Positions 1-7,242 of a stretch of 20,000 bases of DNA are shown piece by piece. Below the pieces are notes generated by a model. The model did no database searches, had not been told where the DNA came from, and saw only the letters and a list, made by a program, of their open reading frames with translations. The stretch is from an uncultured virus (IMG/VR IMGVR_UViG_3300009105_000005) (lineage: Duplodnaviria > Heunggongvirae > Uroviricota > Caudoviricetes). The stretch spans positions 54,265 through 74,264 of IMG/VR virus record IMGVR_UViG_3300009105_000005; one strand, given 5' to 3'. The translations under genes and the position numbers were made by a program. The stretch's first letter is position 1; each line of letters starts with the position of its first letter.

Positions 1-343
1 GTTGAATAACGACATAGTCTCCAAATTTAAAATCCGGCCTAATATTACACCAGTTTACCCATTTCATTACCCATTCCGTATAGACAGTGTTGTGGTCGTA
101 ATAAATTTCTTCGAGTATTTCTATGAGTTCTGTATTAATGCCATACCAACAGCATTTGTCGTCCAGAAATTTTGCAAGTTTGTATCCGTTACTTGCACCT
201 TCGAATTTAATTGCTTTAAGAAGGTCACTCCGGATTTGCTTTTCATCGTATTCTGATCCTTGATGCCAGTTAATGACGTTTTTAATTGTCCGATCTATGG
301 TTCCATTGATGATGCCAGGATCGTATTTCCATGGCCGTTTCAT
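1..343 (-). CDS. Phage hypothetical protein (3' end outside the window)
   Basis: Not in the ORF track; translated by hand. ATG at 343 after AAAGGGG; MKRPWKYDPGIINGTIDRTIKNVINWHQGSEYDEKQIRSDLLKAIKFEGASNGYKLAKFLDD... stays open to the window edge. Confidence 0.75.
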   Translation of the reverse strand, partial: MKRPWKYDPGIINGTIDRTIKNVINWHQGSEYDEKQIRSDLLKAIKFEGASNGYKLAKFLDDKCCWYGINTELIEILEEIYYDHNTVYTEWVMKWVNWCNIRPDFKFGDYVVIQ

Positions 344-400
344 GGTGTTCCCCTTTGCCCTGTTTTTCCCCATTTTTTGGCATGGTTCCAACATAAAAAC

Positions 401-467
401 AGGGCGGCTTTTTGAGTTGAAACTCACATGGCTTATCGCTACATATGGTTCAACTGATTGCCGCCCT
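401..467. terminator. Long interrupted hairpin, possible bidirectional terminator
   Basis: AGGGCGGC (401-408) / GCCGCCCT (460-467) and AGTTGAA (415-421) / TTCAACT (449-455). A T-run follows on both strands. Confidence 0.5.
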
Positions 468-488
468 ATTTTTTTTGGGGGATTAAGT

Positions 489-618
489 TGGAGTGTCTGA
501 TTGCTCCCCAGGGCTAATGCTTTACGGCTACATTTGCGCTTGAGACATTATTGCCGTCGTCCGGGCTTATTCGGTCTTATTGGACAGGAAGCGAGTTTTG
601 CAGCGCCCGACAGACACT
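489..618 (-). ncRNA. Candidate structured ncRNA E1 with closing stem and 3' UCCA
   Basis: Minus strand: AGTGTCTG...CAGACACT-CCA; internal stems CGGGC/GCCCG and ACGGC/GCCGT; intergenic; shares motifs with 4351-4474. Confidence 0.55.
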
Positions 619-632
619 AAGTTTATAGCAAG

Positions 633-1424
633 TTAGGCTGCTGCCTTTTGTTCGGCGGCCGGAGCATCGTATCCGGCCTCGGTGTGCGCCATTTCCTTGG
701 CTGTCTTTTTCAGGAACGGAGTGATGTTTGCGACATACTCGTTAATGGCCGGAATTTGCTCGGCCGGAATTGAATCCTTCAACGGAGTGAAGATAACCTT
801 GCTGTACTCCACGCTTCCGGTGCGGGATTTATCCTTTTCCAGAGTCAGCCGTGTAACCACGTGATGCGGTTCCATACCGGCCGAAGTTAGCCCAATCAGG
901 TATTGAAGGGCGTTCTTCAATGAGGCCGGAGCAGCGTTTAGGGTCATGGGCAGGATGTTCCCTTCCCGCAGGAAGAAGAACGTGCGTTTTTTGCTGCACG
1001 CCTGACCATCGCCTTTGCCGCCCTTAGCGGTTCCGAATTTGGCCATGGGGCAATCTTTGCACTTACCGGATGCGCTCGGGCATTCGGGGTTGCCGATGCC
1101 GTTGACTGCATCTTCGGAGAAACAATCCGGTGGAGTTGGATCGCCTTCGCCGTAGGGAACTTCCCAATAGGTACGATTGACGGCATTATAGATGATAAGA
1201 ACATTCAATTCTTTTATTTCATCGATGCCGCCGAATTTCGGAACTTCCCATGTGGTTCCGCCGGAGCCGGGGATTTTTACCCGTTCCAGATCCAGAGCGG
1301 AAAGCTGTTCTCCGCCGAGGTTGTTTTCGATAACCTCTTTGATGTCAATGTCCTGACGCATAATGGCATAATTTTGAATGCCGACTACAGCCACTTCCTT
1401 GCCTTTTGTATTTTTTTTACTCAT
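633..1424 (-). CDS. Conserved phage early protein, possibly ssDNA-binding/recombination, with Cys cluster
   Basis: 263 aa, RBS AAGGAG. The pattern PDCFSxD...CxxCP.AKFGT...GQAC...LPMTL..PASLK recalls a common phage replication-region family. Function is inferred. Confidence 0.55.
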   Translation of the reverse strand: MSKKNTKGKEVAVVGIQNYAIMRQDIDIKEVIENNLGGEQLSALDLERVKIPGSGGTTWEVPKFGGIDEIKELNVLIIYNAVNRTYWEVPYGEGDPTPPDCFSEDAVNGIGNPECPSASGKCKDCPMAKFGTAKGGKGDGQACSKKRTFFFLREGNILPMTLNAAPASLKNALQYLIGLTSAGMEPHHVVTRLTLEKDKSRTGSVEYSKVIFTPLKDSIPAEQIPAINEYVANITPFLKKTAKEMAHTEAGYDAPAAEQKAAA

Positions 1425-1517
1425 AAAGCTTCAATACTCCTTGTTTAAGTGGTCTAAAGTTTAAAAGTTCAAAGTTTGTTTTTCCACCCCCTCTCTTATT
1501 TGATTCCGGTTTAGTGG

Positions 1518-1859
1518 TTATGCTGCCTTGGTCTGAGCGTCGGCAGGTTTGTCCACTGTTACGGTTTCTCCTACAGACGGGACTACCTTAATTTTCCTTT
1601 TGGAGACAATCACATCTGTTTGAGGTTTGTTAGAAAACAAAGAAGACAAAATTTTATTATACCACTTTGCTTTTCGTTTCTTTTGGTTGAAGTAGGCGCG
1701 GGCGAGGCACACGATGCAGATCGATTCTTTATCAGGTTCGCTGATATCGATCCGGTGATCGGTGCATTTCAGTCCGCATTCGGCGCAGATTTTAAATCTT
1801 TTTTGGGGCGCATTACGGCCCCTGCCGACTTTAATTGCTTGAAAGATAATTTTACCCAT
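1518..1859 (-). CDS. Hypothetical protein with two CxxC motifs
   Basis: 113 aa, RBS AAGGA, CAEC...CIVC, co-oriented with the operon. Confidence 0.7.
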   Translation of the reverse strand: MGKIIFQAIKVGRGRNAPQKRFKICAECGLKCTDHRIDISEPDKESICIVCLARAYFNQKKRKAKWYNKILSSLFSNKPQTDVIVSKRKIKVVPSVGETVTVDKPADAQTKAA

Positions 1860-1881
1860 TGGTTTTCCTTTCTATAGGTAT

Positions 1882-2274
1882 TTATGATGTTTTTGACCGG
1901 AGCGTAATAACGCTGTTGATACTGATACGGCCTTCGAATGCTTCGGGGAGCTTTTCGCCGTTTCTGGTCATTTCGGCAAGCAGGGCATTGAGTGAAGTAG
2001 TGTTATACCCTTCGTCAATATAGCTTTGGAAGCCTGCCTCTTTGAGTGCTTCGATGGCGTCCCTTTTGGATTTAACTTGAGACACGATACGGACATGCGG
2101 GTGGATTGTTCGGCCCAGGATAGTTATTTTGTCGATCTTTTCGTCTGCGAGATTTTCCACCAGCGCCGGGCCGATATCGTTTTTGCGTTTTTTGAGCTTA
2201 TTGACCTTGGCGTCAAGGTCAGCTATTTCATTTTCAAGTTGAGCAAATTCCCGTAATCCTTCCATGTCTAACAT
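1882..2274 (-). CDS. Phage coiled-coil protein (gp157/gp33-like architecture)
   Basis: Start moved to ATG 2274 (AAAGGAG upstream). N-terminal heptad helix followed by an alpha/beta segment. The family assignment is from pattern recognition only. Confidence 0.55.
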   Translation of the reverse strand: MLDMEGLREFAQLENEIADLDAKVNKLKKRKNDIGPALVENLADEKIDKITILGRTIHPHVRIVSQVKSKRDAIEALKEAGFQSYIDEGYNTTSLNALLAEMTRNGEKLPEAFEGRISINSVITLRSKTS

Positions 2275-2318
2275 GGGATTCTCCTTTAGTAAGATTTTCA
2301 AAGAATGCTGACACATTT

Positions 2319-2337
2319 ATCACACTATCAGTAAGAA
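2319..2337. promoter_or_regulatory. Putative repressor operator copy
   Basis: ATCACACT-ATC-AGTAAGAA: 13/16 match to TTCTTACT-N3-AGTAAGAA, in an intergenic gap. Confidence 0.4.
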
Positions 2338-2342
2338 TACAA

Positions 2343-2540
2343 TTAAAAAATTTTATTTTTTAGGAACTTTTTTAGGTGATAATAGCAGATTGTTATGCCC
2401 TTGCCCCATAATTTGCACATCAGCCAGATACACCAAGATATGATGGCTATTGCGGCCAATTCATCATTAGGGCTACATATAATTTCATGGGCTGAGATGA
2501 TCTTGGCTGGTCCTTTATAGTTAAGAAGATATTCCAACAT
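2343..2540 (-). CDS. Small hypothetical protein with one hydrophobic segment
   Basis: Likely start ATG 2540 (MLEYLLNY...), overlapping the end of the upstream gene; segment LAAIAIISWCIWLMC. Confidence 0.5.
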   Translation of the reverse strand: MLEYLLNYKGPAKIISAHEIICSPNDELAAIAIISWCIWLMCKLWGKGITICYYHLKKFLKNKIF

Positions 2541-2787
2541 TGAAATTTCGGAATAAGATTTCTTTACGTTTGCAGTCCGGGCAATATAGATGCCAACAGT
2601 CGCCGCAGTCCAGATCTTCGGCATTTGGAGCCATGCAGTCGAATTCGCCCCAATAATCTTTCACCCCATATCCGCAGTCAGAGCATATACGGAAGCCACA
2701 ATTTGGGCATGGTCTTATGTTGCCCCATGAAACGTTCTGCAGGTCGTACAACCACTCCCAGAACATCTCTTTCTTAAACGGCATCAT
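2521..2787 (-). CDS. Cys-rich zinc-ribbon protein
   Basis: Four CxxC pairs (CPNC, CSDC, CGDC, CPDC). ATGA overlap with the upstream stop; GGAG RBS. Confidence 0.7.
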   Translation of the reverse strand: MMPFKKEMFWEWLYDLQNVSWGNIRPCPNCGFRICSDCGYGVKDYWGEFDCMAPNAEDLDCGDCWHLYCPDCKRKEILFRNFNVGISS

Positions 2788-3017
2788 GCTTGCTCCAGGT
2801 TGTCTGCTATTGAACACATTTTCTTAGTGATGCTGTCGATTTCTCTTTGCACCATCATTAACTTGACCTTTAGATCACATTTAGGCTTCGAGGGGCATTC
2901 GGTGCATTTTCCATTTATATACAAATGCCAATTGTTACATTCTGATAAAGGTATCATTGGATTATTATTCCCTCTGTGGCAAAGACGGTGGCCGTACAGA
3001 TCGTCTTTAGATTTCAT
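2784..3017 (-). CDS. Small Cys-rich hypothetical protein
   Basis: 77 aa, co-oriented, translationally coupled to the next gene. Confidence 0.65.
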   Translation of the reverse strand: MKSKDDLYGHRLCHRGNNNPMIPLSECNNWHLYINGKCTECPSKPKCDLKVKLMMVQREIDSITKKMCSIADNLEQA

Positions 3018-3047
3018 TTGGACGGTTTTTATCGGGATTTACTCATA

Positions 3048-3242
3048 TTATAAAACCAAATCTGAAGCATTAACATTGAGAGTAAAACTTTTACCTGATA
3101 GTGGTCCGTCTATAAATTCGATATCCACTCTGGTTTCACTGCTAAATTGTTCAGCGTGCCAGTCTGGTCCGGCATTTAGCACTTTGACATGAAACAACTG
3201 ATCATTTAATAAGCTTATTAATTTTTGTCTTTTTGTACTCAT
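3048..3242 (-). CDS. Hypothetical protein
   Basis: 64 aa, starts 5 nt after the upstream stop. Confidence 0.65.
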   Translation of the reverse strand: MSTKRQKLISLLNDQLFHVKVLNAGPDWHAEQFSSETRVDIEFIDGPLSGKSFTLNVNASDLVL

Positions 3243-3247
3243 TTAAA

Positions 3248-3610
3248 TTAGCGTCCTTTCCGTATTTTATTTATACGTTTAGGTAGATGTCCGCTTTTGG
3301 AAAATCTTGCTGTTCTAATTAGGCCCCAAATTCCAAATTCAACTTGCGGTGTTTTGAATTTTTGGATCTGGTTGTAATAATCGGAGCGTGCTTTTTCCTG
3401 GGCTATATCCAAAGCAATTTCGAATTCAAAATCGGGTAGCGTTTCAAACAGCACCTCGTCGATGGGTGGCAGATCATAGATTTCATCGATGACTTTGATA
3501 CAGCCTGTAACTTCGTAATATTGGCCATTGATTATGACGATGGTTATTTCTTCAGAAATTGTTGAAGAAGTATCAAAAGGGTCTGGTCTACTGGTAGCTG
3601 TTGCAATCAT
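3248..3610 (-). CDS. Hypothetical protein
   Basis: 120 aa, ATGA overlap with the upstream gene. Confidence 0.65.
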   Translation of the reverse strand: MIATATSRPDPFDTSSTISEEITIVIINGQYYEVTGCIKVIDEIYDLPPIDEVLFETLPDFEFEIALDIAQEKARSDYYNQIQKFKTPQVEFGIWGLIRTARFSKSGHLPKRINKIRKGR

Positions 3611-4047
3611 GTATTTATAAGCCCTCTGGCTGGTGTAGTGAGTTTGCCTTTTGGTTGGGGTTCCTGGATTTTAAATTCATCACAATCAACCCACTGTTTG
3701 AGCCTGTCAAAACAGTTTTCTGCTGACCAATAGACCACGTTAGGTGCTTCGAGTTCGGGGGCGTATTTTTGGATAGCATTTTCGTACCATCTTTGAGTGA
3801 ATGTTGAATAAATAACGAACAGACAATTTGGTTTTTCCTGGATTTGCTCGATCAGGCTGCCAAAAAGCGATATGATACTATCTTCGCACCCCGGGCCGAC
3901 ACCGCCGAAATCCATTATATAGATATCCACCTTGTCGTTTTTTAATTGGTGCGGCCAGACTTCGGTTTTAAAAATAAAGTCATTCCTGCCGAACGTTCTG
4001 ATTAATTCTGTCTGGATTTCTTTATATTCATCTTTGTATGGTCTACA
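3607..4047 (-). pseudogene. Hypothetical gene, possibly 5'-truncated
   Basis: The frame stays open 39 codons upstream of GTG 3930 (..KDEYKEIQTELIRTFGRNDFIFKTEVWPHQLKNDK-VDIYIMDFGG) with no ATG/GTG/TTG, up to TAA at 4050-4048. Confidence 0.45.
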
Positions 4048-4172
4048 TTAATACTAACTTGGTCAAAATCATCTTCAAAAGCAGCACTATGGCTTTTAAT
4101 ATTGGCGGATCCCCAAATAGCCACGTTTACTTCATCATGGCCGCACTTCGGGCATTTGATTTTGTCTGTCAT
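4002..4172 (-). CDS. Small protein with a single CPKC motif (possibly 3'-truncated)
   Basis: Start moved to ATG 4172 (GGAG RBS, ATGA overlap): MTDKIKCPKCGHD... Confidence 0.55.
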   Translation of the reverse strand: MTDKIKCPKCGHDEVNVAIWGSANIKSHSAAFEDDFDQVSINVDHTKMNIKKSRQN

Positions 4173-4333
4173 GATTTCTCCAGTTTTGTTCCACAAAATG
4201 GGCAATATTCTATATCAGTAAGCACATAGCATCCACCGCCGCAGCACCCATTAATATTCCAACCTTTGCAATATTCGAACCCACCAGCGTCCTCTTTGGT
4301 TTGCTTTTCGAATTTATCACAGCAATATGTCAT
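4169..4333 (-). CDS. 54-aa Cys-rich phage protein
   Basis: Hand translation: MTYCCDKFEKQTKEDAGGFEYCKGWNINGCCGGGCYVLTDIEYCPFCGTKLEKS; RBS AAGGA. Confidence 0.75.
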   Translation of the reverse strand: MTYCCDKFEKQTKEDAGGFEYCKGWNINGCCGGGCYVLTDIEYCPFCGTKLEKS

Positions 4334-4350
4334 ACTTTAATCCTTAAAGA

Positions 4351-4474
4351 TGGAAATGTCGGATTCACACCCTGGTTACTCACCCGTCACCACGTCCGGA
4401 GAATCGCTATCAGCGCCCGTTTTCCCCAACTACTGCTGATAGGGGTTGTGCTTTTTTCATACTCCGCCGACATT
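4351..4474 (-). ncRNA. Candidate structured ncRNA E2 with closing stem and 3' UCCA
   Basis: Minus strand: AATGTCGG...CCGACATT-T-CCA; stems CGGAG/CTCCG, CTATCAGC/GCTGATAG and TGGTGAC/GTAACCA (one mismatch); fills the intergenic gap. Confidence 0.6.
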
Positions 4475-4481
4475 ATATTTT

Positions 4482-4571
4482 TTAACTATGAAGTGGAAAC
4501 GGGGACACCACGATGATCCCTGCAAGTCCGAGTCCGCCTATTTTAAAACCTTCTTTAACTTCGTTTTTCAT
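4482..4571 (-). CDS. 29-aa small ORF, possibly a truncated membrane protein
   Basis: MKNEVKEGFKIGGLGLAGIIVVSPFPLHS; RBS AAAGGA; starts 2 nt after the upstream stop. Confidence 0.45.
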   Translation of the reverse strand: MKNEVKEGFKIGGLGLAGIIVVSPFPLHS

Positions 4572-4573
4572 AG

Positions 4574-4804
4574 TTAAGATTTCCTTTTCTTGTTTAATTG
4601 CTTGATAAAATGATTAATATCTGTAAGACAGCCAGTATTAAGCACAATGTTAGGTTCAGTGAAAAAGCAATATTGCCGCCAGGGGCCGTACTATTTAACA
4701 ACACCCAATAAAGCATGGCTTTTATTGTTGCGACAGTGCCAAACAGATGTTTTAGGTTTGTCTTCGACCCAAATAAAATAGATATATTTATATTCTTTTT
4801 ACAT
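4574..4804 (-). pseudogene. Phage gene with two in-frame stops
   Basis: M*KEYKYIYFIWVEDKPKTSVWHCRNNKSHALLGVVK*YGPWRQYCFFTEPNIVLNTGCLTDINHFIKQLNKKRKS. TAA at codon 2 and TAG at 4693-4691. Confidence 0.7.
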
Positions 4805-4821
4805 AATTAAACTTTACAATT

Positions 4822-4906
4822 TGGTGGGCAGGGTAGGAGTTGAACCTACACAGGTTGCCCGGCGGATTTACAGTCCGTTGTCTTCACCACATAGTCGAGC
4901 CTGCCC
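4822..4906 (-). tRNA. tRNA-Tyr(GTA), atypical D-arm
   Basis: Acceptor GGGCAGG/CCTGCCC-A-CCA, anticodon loop CT-GTA-AA, long variable arm, T-arm GTAGG-TTCAACT-CCTAC. Confidence 0.85.
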
Positions 4907-4909
4907 TTG

Positions 4910-5203
4910 CTATATTAACTGTTTTAGAGCCATGAGTAAGATTATAATACTGGCTGCTGTATCTGTAATTGCCGTGATTTTTGTATCTTTCAATGCTCTC
5001 ATTATGACGTAGGCGATCAGGACTAATCCGTAAGCCTGAAAGCCTGGAATGAACAGCATGGCAATGGTAAAGATCCAGTAAATAAATCCACAGATCCAAA
5101 AGACCGGTCTGGTGGACGGAACTTTAAAGACATAAAATCCAAACTGATCGAACTCATAGACCAGTGATAGGGCTGCCATTATTATACAAACGTCTCTAAG
5201 CAT
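4910..5203 (-). CDS. Small multi-pass membrane protein
   Basis: 97 aa with 3-4 hydrophobic stretches. Confidence 0.7.
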   Translation of the reverse strand: MLRDVCIIMAALSLVYEFDQFGFYVFKVPSTRPVFWICGFIYWIFTIAMLFIPGFQAYGLVLIAYVIMRALKDTKITAITDTAASIIILLMALKQLI

Positions 5204-5210
5204 GGTGCAG

Positions 5211-6092
5211 TTATCCTGATTTAGCGCCAGTGAAATTCCATCCTTCGGACAAGCCGTTAAGCGTTAAATTATCAGGGCTACCGGTGAATTTTTTACCGAA
5301 CAATTTCTTTTGTTCCTGAAATGTCAGCTTGGGGTTCGATTCGATATGCTTTGTAAACGGACAGTCCGTATTGAGCAGTACATCAACCGCATGGGAACAA
5401 GTAACGTCACGGTGAGGTTCACGGCCATTCATGCCGAGTACAGCGTAGCTTTCAGCTATTTGTTTGCCGGTATCGGCGCAGGGTTCGTCCAGTTCCGAAC
5501 AGATAGCTACTCCACGGGAAGTTTTAAGAATGATGTGTCCGTTTTTTTGCACCTTTTTAAATAAGGTGCATGTCCAGATAACTTCTTCACCGAACAGATC
5601 GCCATCGACAGCGATAAAAGGCTGGAAGGTTTTGCGTTGTTCGATTACGGGCTCTTGGTTCATTTTTGCTTTACTCCTTTCTTCTTTGTTTGGATTGTAT
5701 AAATCTACACGCCATCCCAACGGAAAGCGGTGTTCGTTGCCGAGTTCTTTGCAGCGGCTAAAAGTTTTGTCGCATTGAATTTGAGCGCCGCTGTATTGAC
5801 AGATGTGGCCTTTAAATAAATAATGGCATCGTTTTTTATATATATCTGGTGTGGTTTTGAACTCACCGTATACATAGCTTTTTTGATTTCCCAATTTTCG
5901 GCACCGTATATAAGTTTTGTCACACCAAGATCCAGGGCCGGTATAACCGCAGGCATGGCCTTTGAATTTAAGAGGGCATCGTGATTGATCCATATTAATT
6001 TCCATTCTTTTTAAAATTTTACGTTGATAAGGAAGTAGGTAAAATTCCTGAGTGTCAGGGTTGTAGTGGTTGAAAAAATCTATGGCATCCAT
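5211..6092 (-). CDS. Protein with two tandem 4-Cys repeats resembling the lambda gpL C-terminal Fe-S motif
   Basis: RCxxxFKGHxCxYxG(x4)CDKTxxRCxxLGN occurs twice, 50 aa apart (Cys39/48/57/64 and 89/98/107/114). Confidence 0.65.
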   Translation of the reverse strand: MDAIDFFNHYNPDTQEFYLLPYQRKILKRMEINMDQSRCPLKFKGHACGYTGPGSWCDKTYIRCRKLGNQKSYVYGEFKTTPDIYKKRCHYLFKGHICQYSGAQIQCDKTFSRCKELGNEHRFPLGWRVDLYNPNKEERSKAKMNQEPVIEQRKTFQPFIAVDGDLFGEEVIWTCTLFKKVQKNGHIILKTSRGVAICSELDEPCADTGKQIAESYAVLGMNGREPHRDVTCSHAVDVLLNTDCPFTKHIESNPKLTFQEQKKLFGKKFTGSPDNLTLNGLSEGWNFTGAKSG

Positions 6093-7219
6093 TATTCATA
6101 ATCCCTGATCGCTATGCCGACATTAAAGATCGGCACTTTATCTTCACTGAGTTCCTGATACCGGATAGTCAGTTTTTCACCCAACAGTGAAATCATGTTA
6201 CGCAAATACTTTGCGCGTAAGTCATGTCCGCCTCTTGGAACCGATGTGAACTCGTTGCCGAATTCGTCTTTCACGCGGAAAATAACGCATTCTGTTTCGG
6301 TGATAGAGCCATCGTCCTCCATCTTTTCAACGACTTCGACTTCATAGCCGATAATTGTGACCTCTTTATCGAAGAACTTTTTGAATTTCTGGAGCATGTG
6401 GCTGCGGGTATTAAAGAGATACATGCCGCCCTTCATCCTGACCATTGCGCCCTCAAAACCATCTGCAAAAGATCTGTCGTGGAAAGCCATAAAATCATCA
6501 TGGTTTTTGACGGTTTCATGTTTGACAATTTTGATGTGCGAGCTTTCCTGGGTTTCGTTTTCATTGATCCACAACCGTTCCTCGCTGGGAAGTGTCGGAT
6601 CGGAAACATCAAACGACCAGAATTGAAGATCTTTGGTGTAAGGCCGGGGTTTGTTCATGGCCCTTCTTATTTTTTGCAATGTCCAGCCATGGACATAAAG
6701 CTCACCGTCACGCTTGCCGCCGATCGGCAGAAAGTCCAAAAAATGAGGCGTAAGATGCCCGACGCTTTGAAAAAAGTTACCTTCATTGGATTTATACAAA
6801 ATGGTATTTATATCTTTTCGCAGTACGTCGCACCGGACACCATTGAGCTTTATTTGAGCATCGGCCGGCCAGGACATACGATGTCCGGCATCTTTGTAGT
6901 CTTCGGCCTTCATGGGAAGCTGAACGTCGCTGATACCGCTTGGGTCTTCGGTATAGCCTTTCTTTTTCTTTTTCGTCCACTTGGCTTTGGCTTCGAGGCA
7001 TGCCTGTTCAAAGGGAGTTGTTGCGTTGGATTTGCCGATATTCTTACCGACCTTGATTGTTTTGGGATGCGTTTTAAGCTTACCGCCGACCAATCCGGTT
7101 TTGGTAAGGATCTGCCCATGACCGTTTACTGACGTAACTCCAATATGATACACTTTGATTTTGCCGGTTTTAGGCGATTTCATATACAAAGGTTCTTGAT
7201 GTACTCCTGCATTTTCCAT
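6092..7219 (-). CDS. ATP-dependent DNA ligase (phage type)
   Basis: Motif I KLNGVR, III DGELY, IIIa FWSFDV, IV EGAMVR, V QKFK, and a C-terminal OB-fold-like LTIRYQELS..VPIF; RBS AAGGAG. Confidence 0.92.
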   Translation of the reverse strand: MENAGVHQEPLYMKSPKTGKIKVYHIGVTSVNGHGQILTKTGLVGGKLKTHPKTIKVGKNIGKSNATTPFEQACLEAKAKWTKKKKKGYTEDPSGISDVQLPMKAEDYKDAGHRMSWPADAQIKLNGVRCDVLRKDINTILYKSNEGNFFQSVGHLTPHFLDFLPIGGKRDGELYVHGWTLQKIRRAMNKPRPYTKDLQFWSFDVSDPTLPSEERLWINENETQESSHIKIVKHETVKNHDDFMAFHDRSFADGFEGAMVRMKGGMYLFNTRSHMLQKFKKFFDKEVTIIGYEVEVVEKMEDDGSITETECVIFRVKDEFGNEFTSVPRGGHDLRAKYLRNMISLLGEKLTIRYQELSEDKVPIFNVGIAIRDYE

Positions 7220-7242
7220 AGATTTTCTCCTTGATTTAAAGT

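Noticed and set aside
489..618. E1/E2 as tmRNA, ordinary tRNA or a self-cleaving ribozyme
   Set aside because: No Ala-type acceptor with G3-U70, no convincing tag frame, no anticodon arm or TTCRA loop, and no hammerhead core (CUGANGA/GAAA).
1456..1476. Three AAAGTT copies in the gap upstream of the 263-aa gene
   Set aside because: Short, AT-rich and unevenly spaced; not distinguishable from chance.
4375..4393. E2 contains GACGGGTGAGTAAC, matching a conserved 5'-domain motif of 16S rRNA
   Set aside because: Only about 14 nt match, the flanks are not rRNA-like, and the bases form a local hairpin in E2. Treated as coincidence.
4494..4538. A third short element ending in TTCCA on the minus strand (GGCGG...CCGTTTCCA)
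   Set aside because: Pairing is weak and it lies wholly within the 29-aa ORF 4482-4571. It lacks the CCGGACG and AATC.GACA motifs of E1/E2.
4574..4804. Stop-codon reassignment (alternative genetic code) in the phage
   Set aside because: All long phage genes are intact in code 11, neighbouring genes end in TAA/TAG/TGA, and neither tRNA has a suppressor anticodon.
4821..5012. ORF MVGRVGVEPT...
   Set aside because: Typical translation of the reverse complement of a tRNA gene.
6224..7132. 302-aa plus-strand ORF, and other plus-strand ORFs over 1-11400
   Set aside because: Antisense shadows of well-supported minus-strand genes (here the DNA ligase), with no recognisable motifs.
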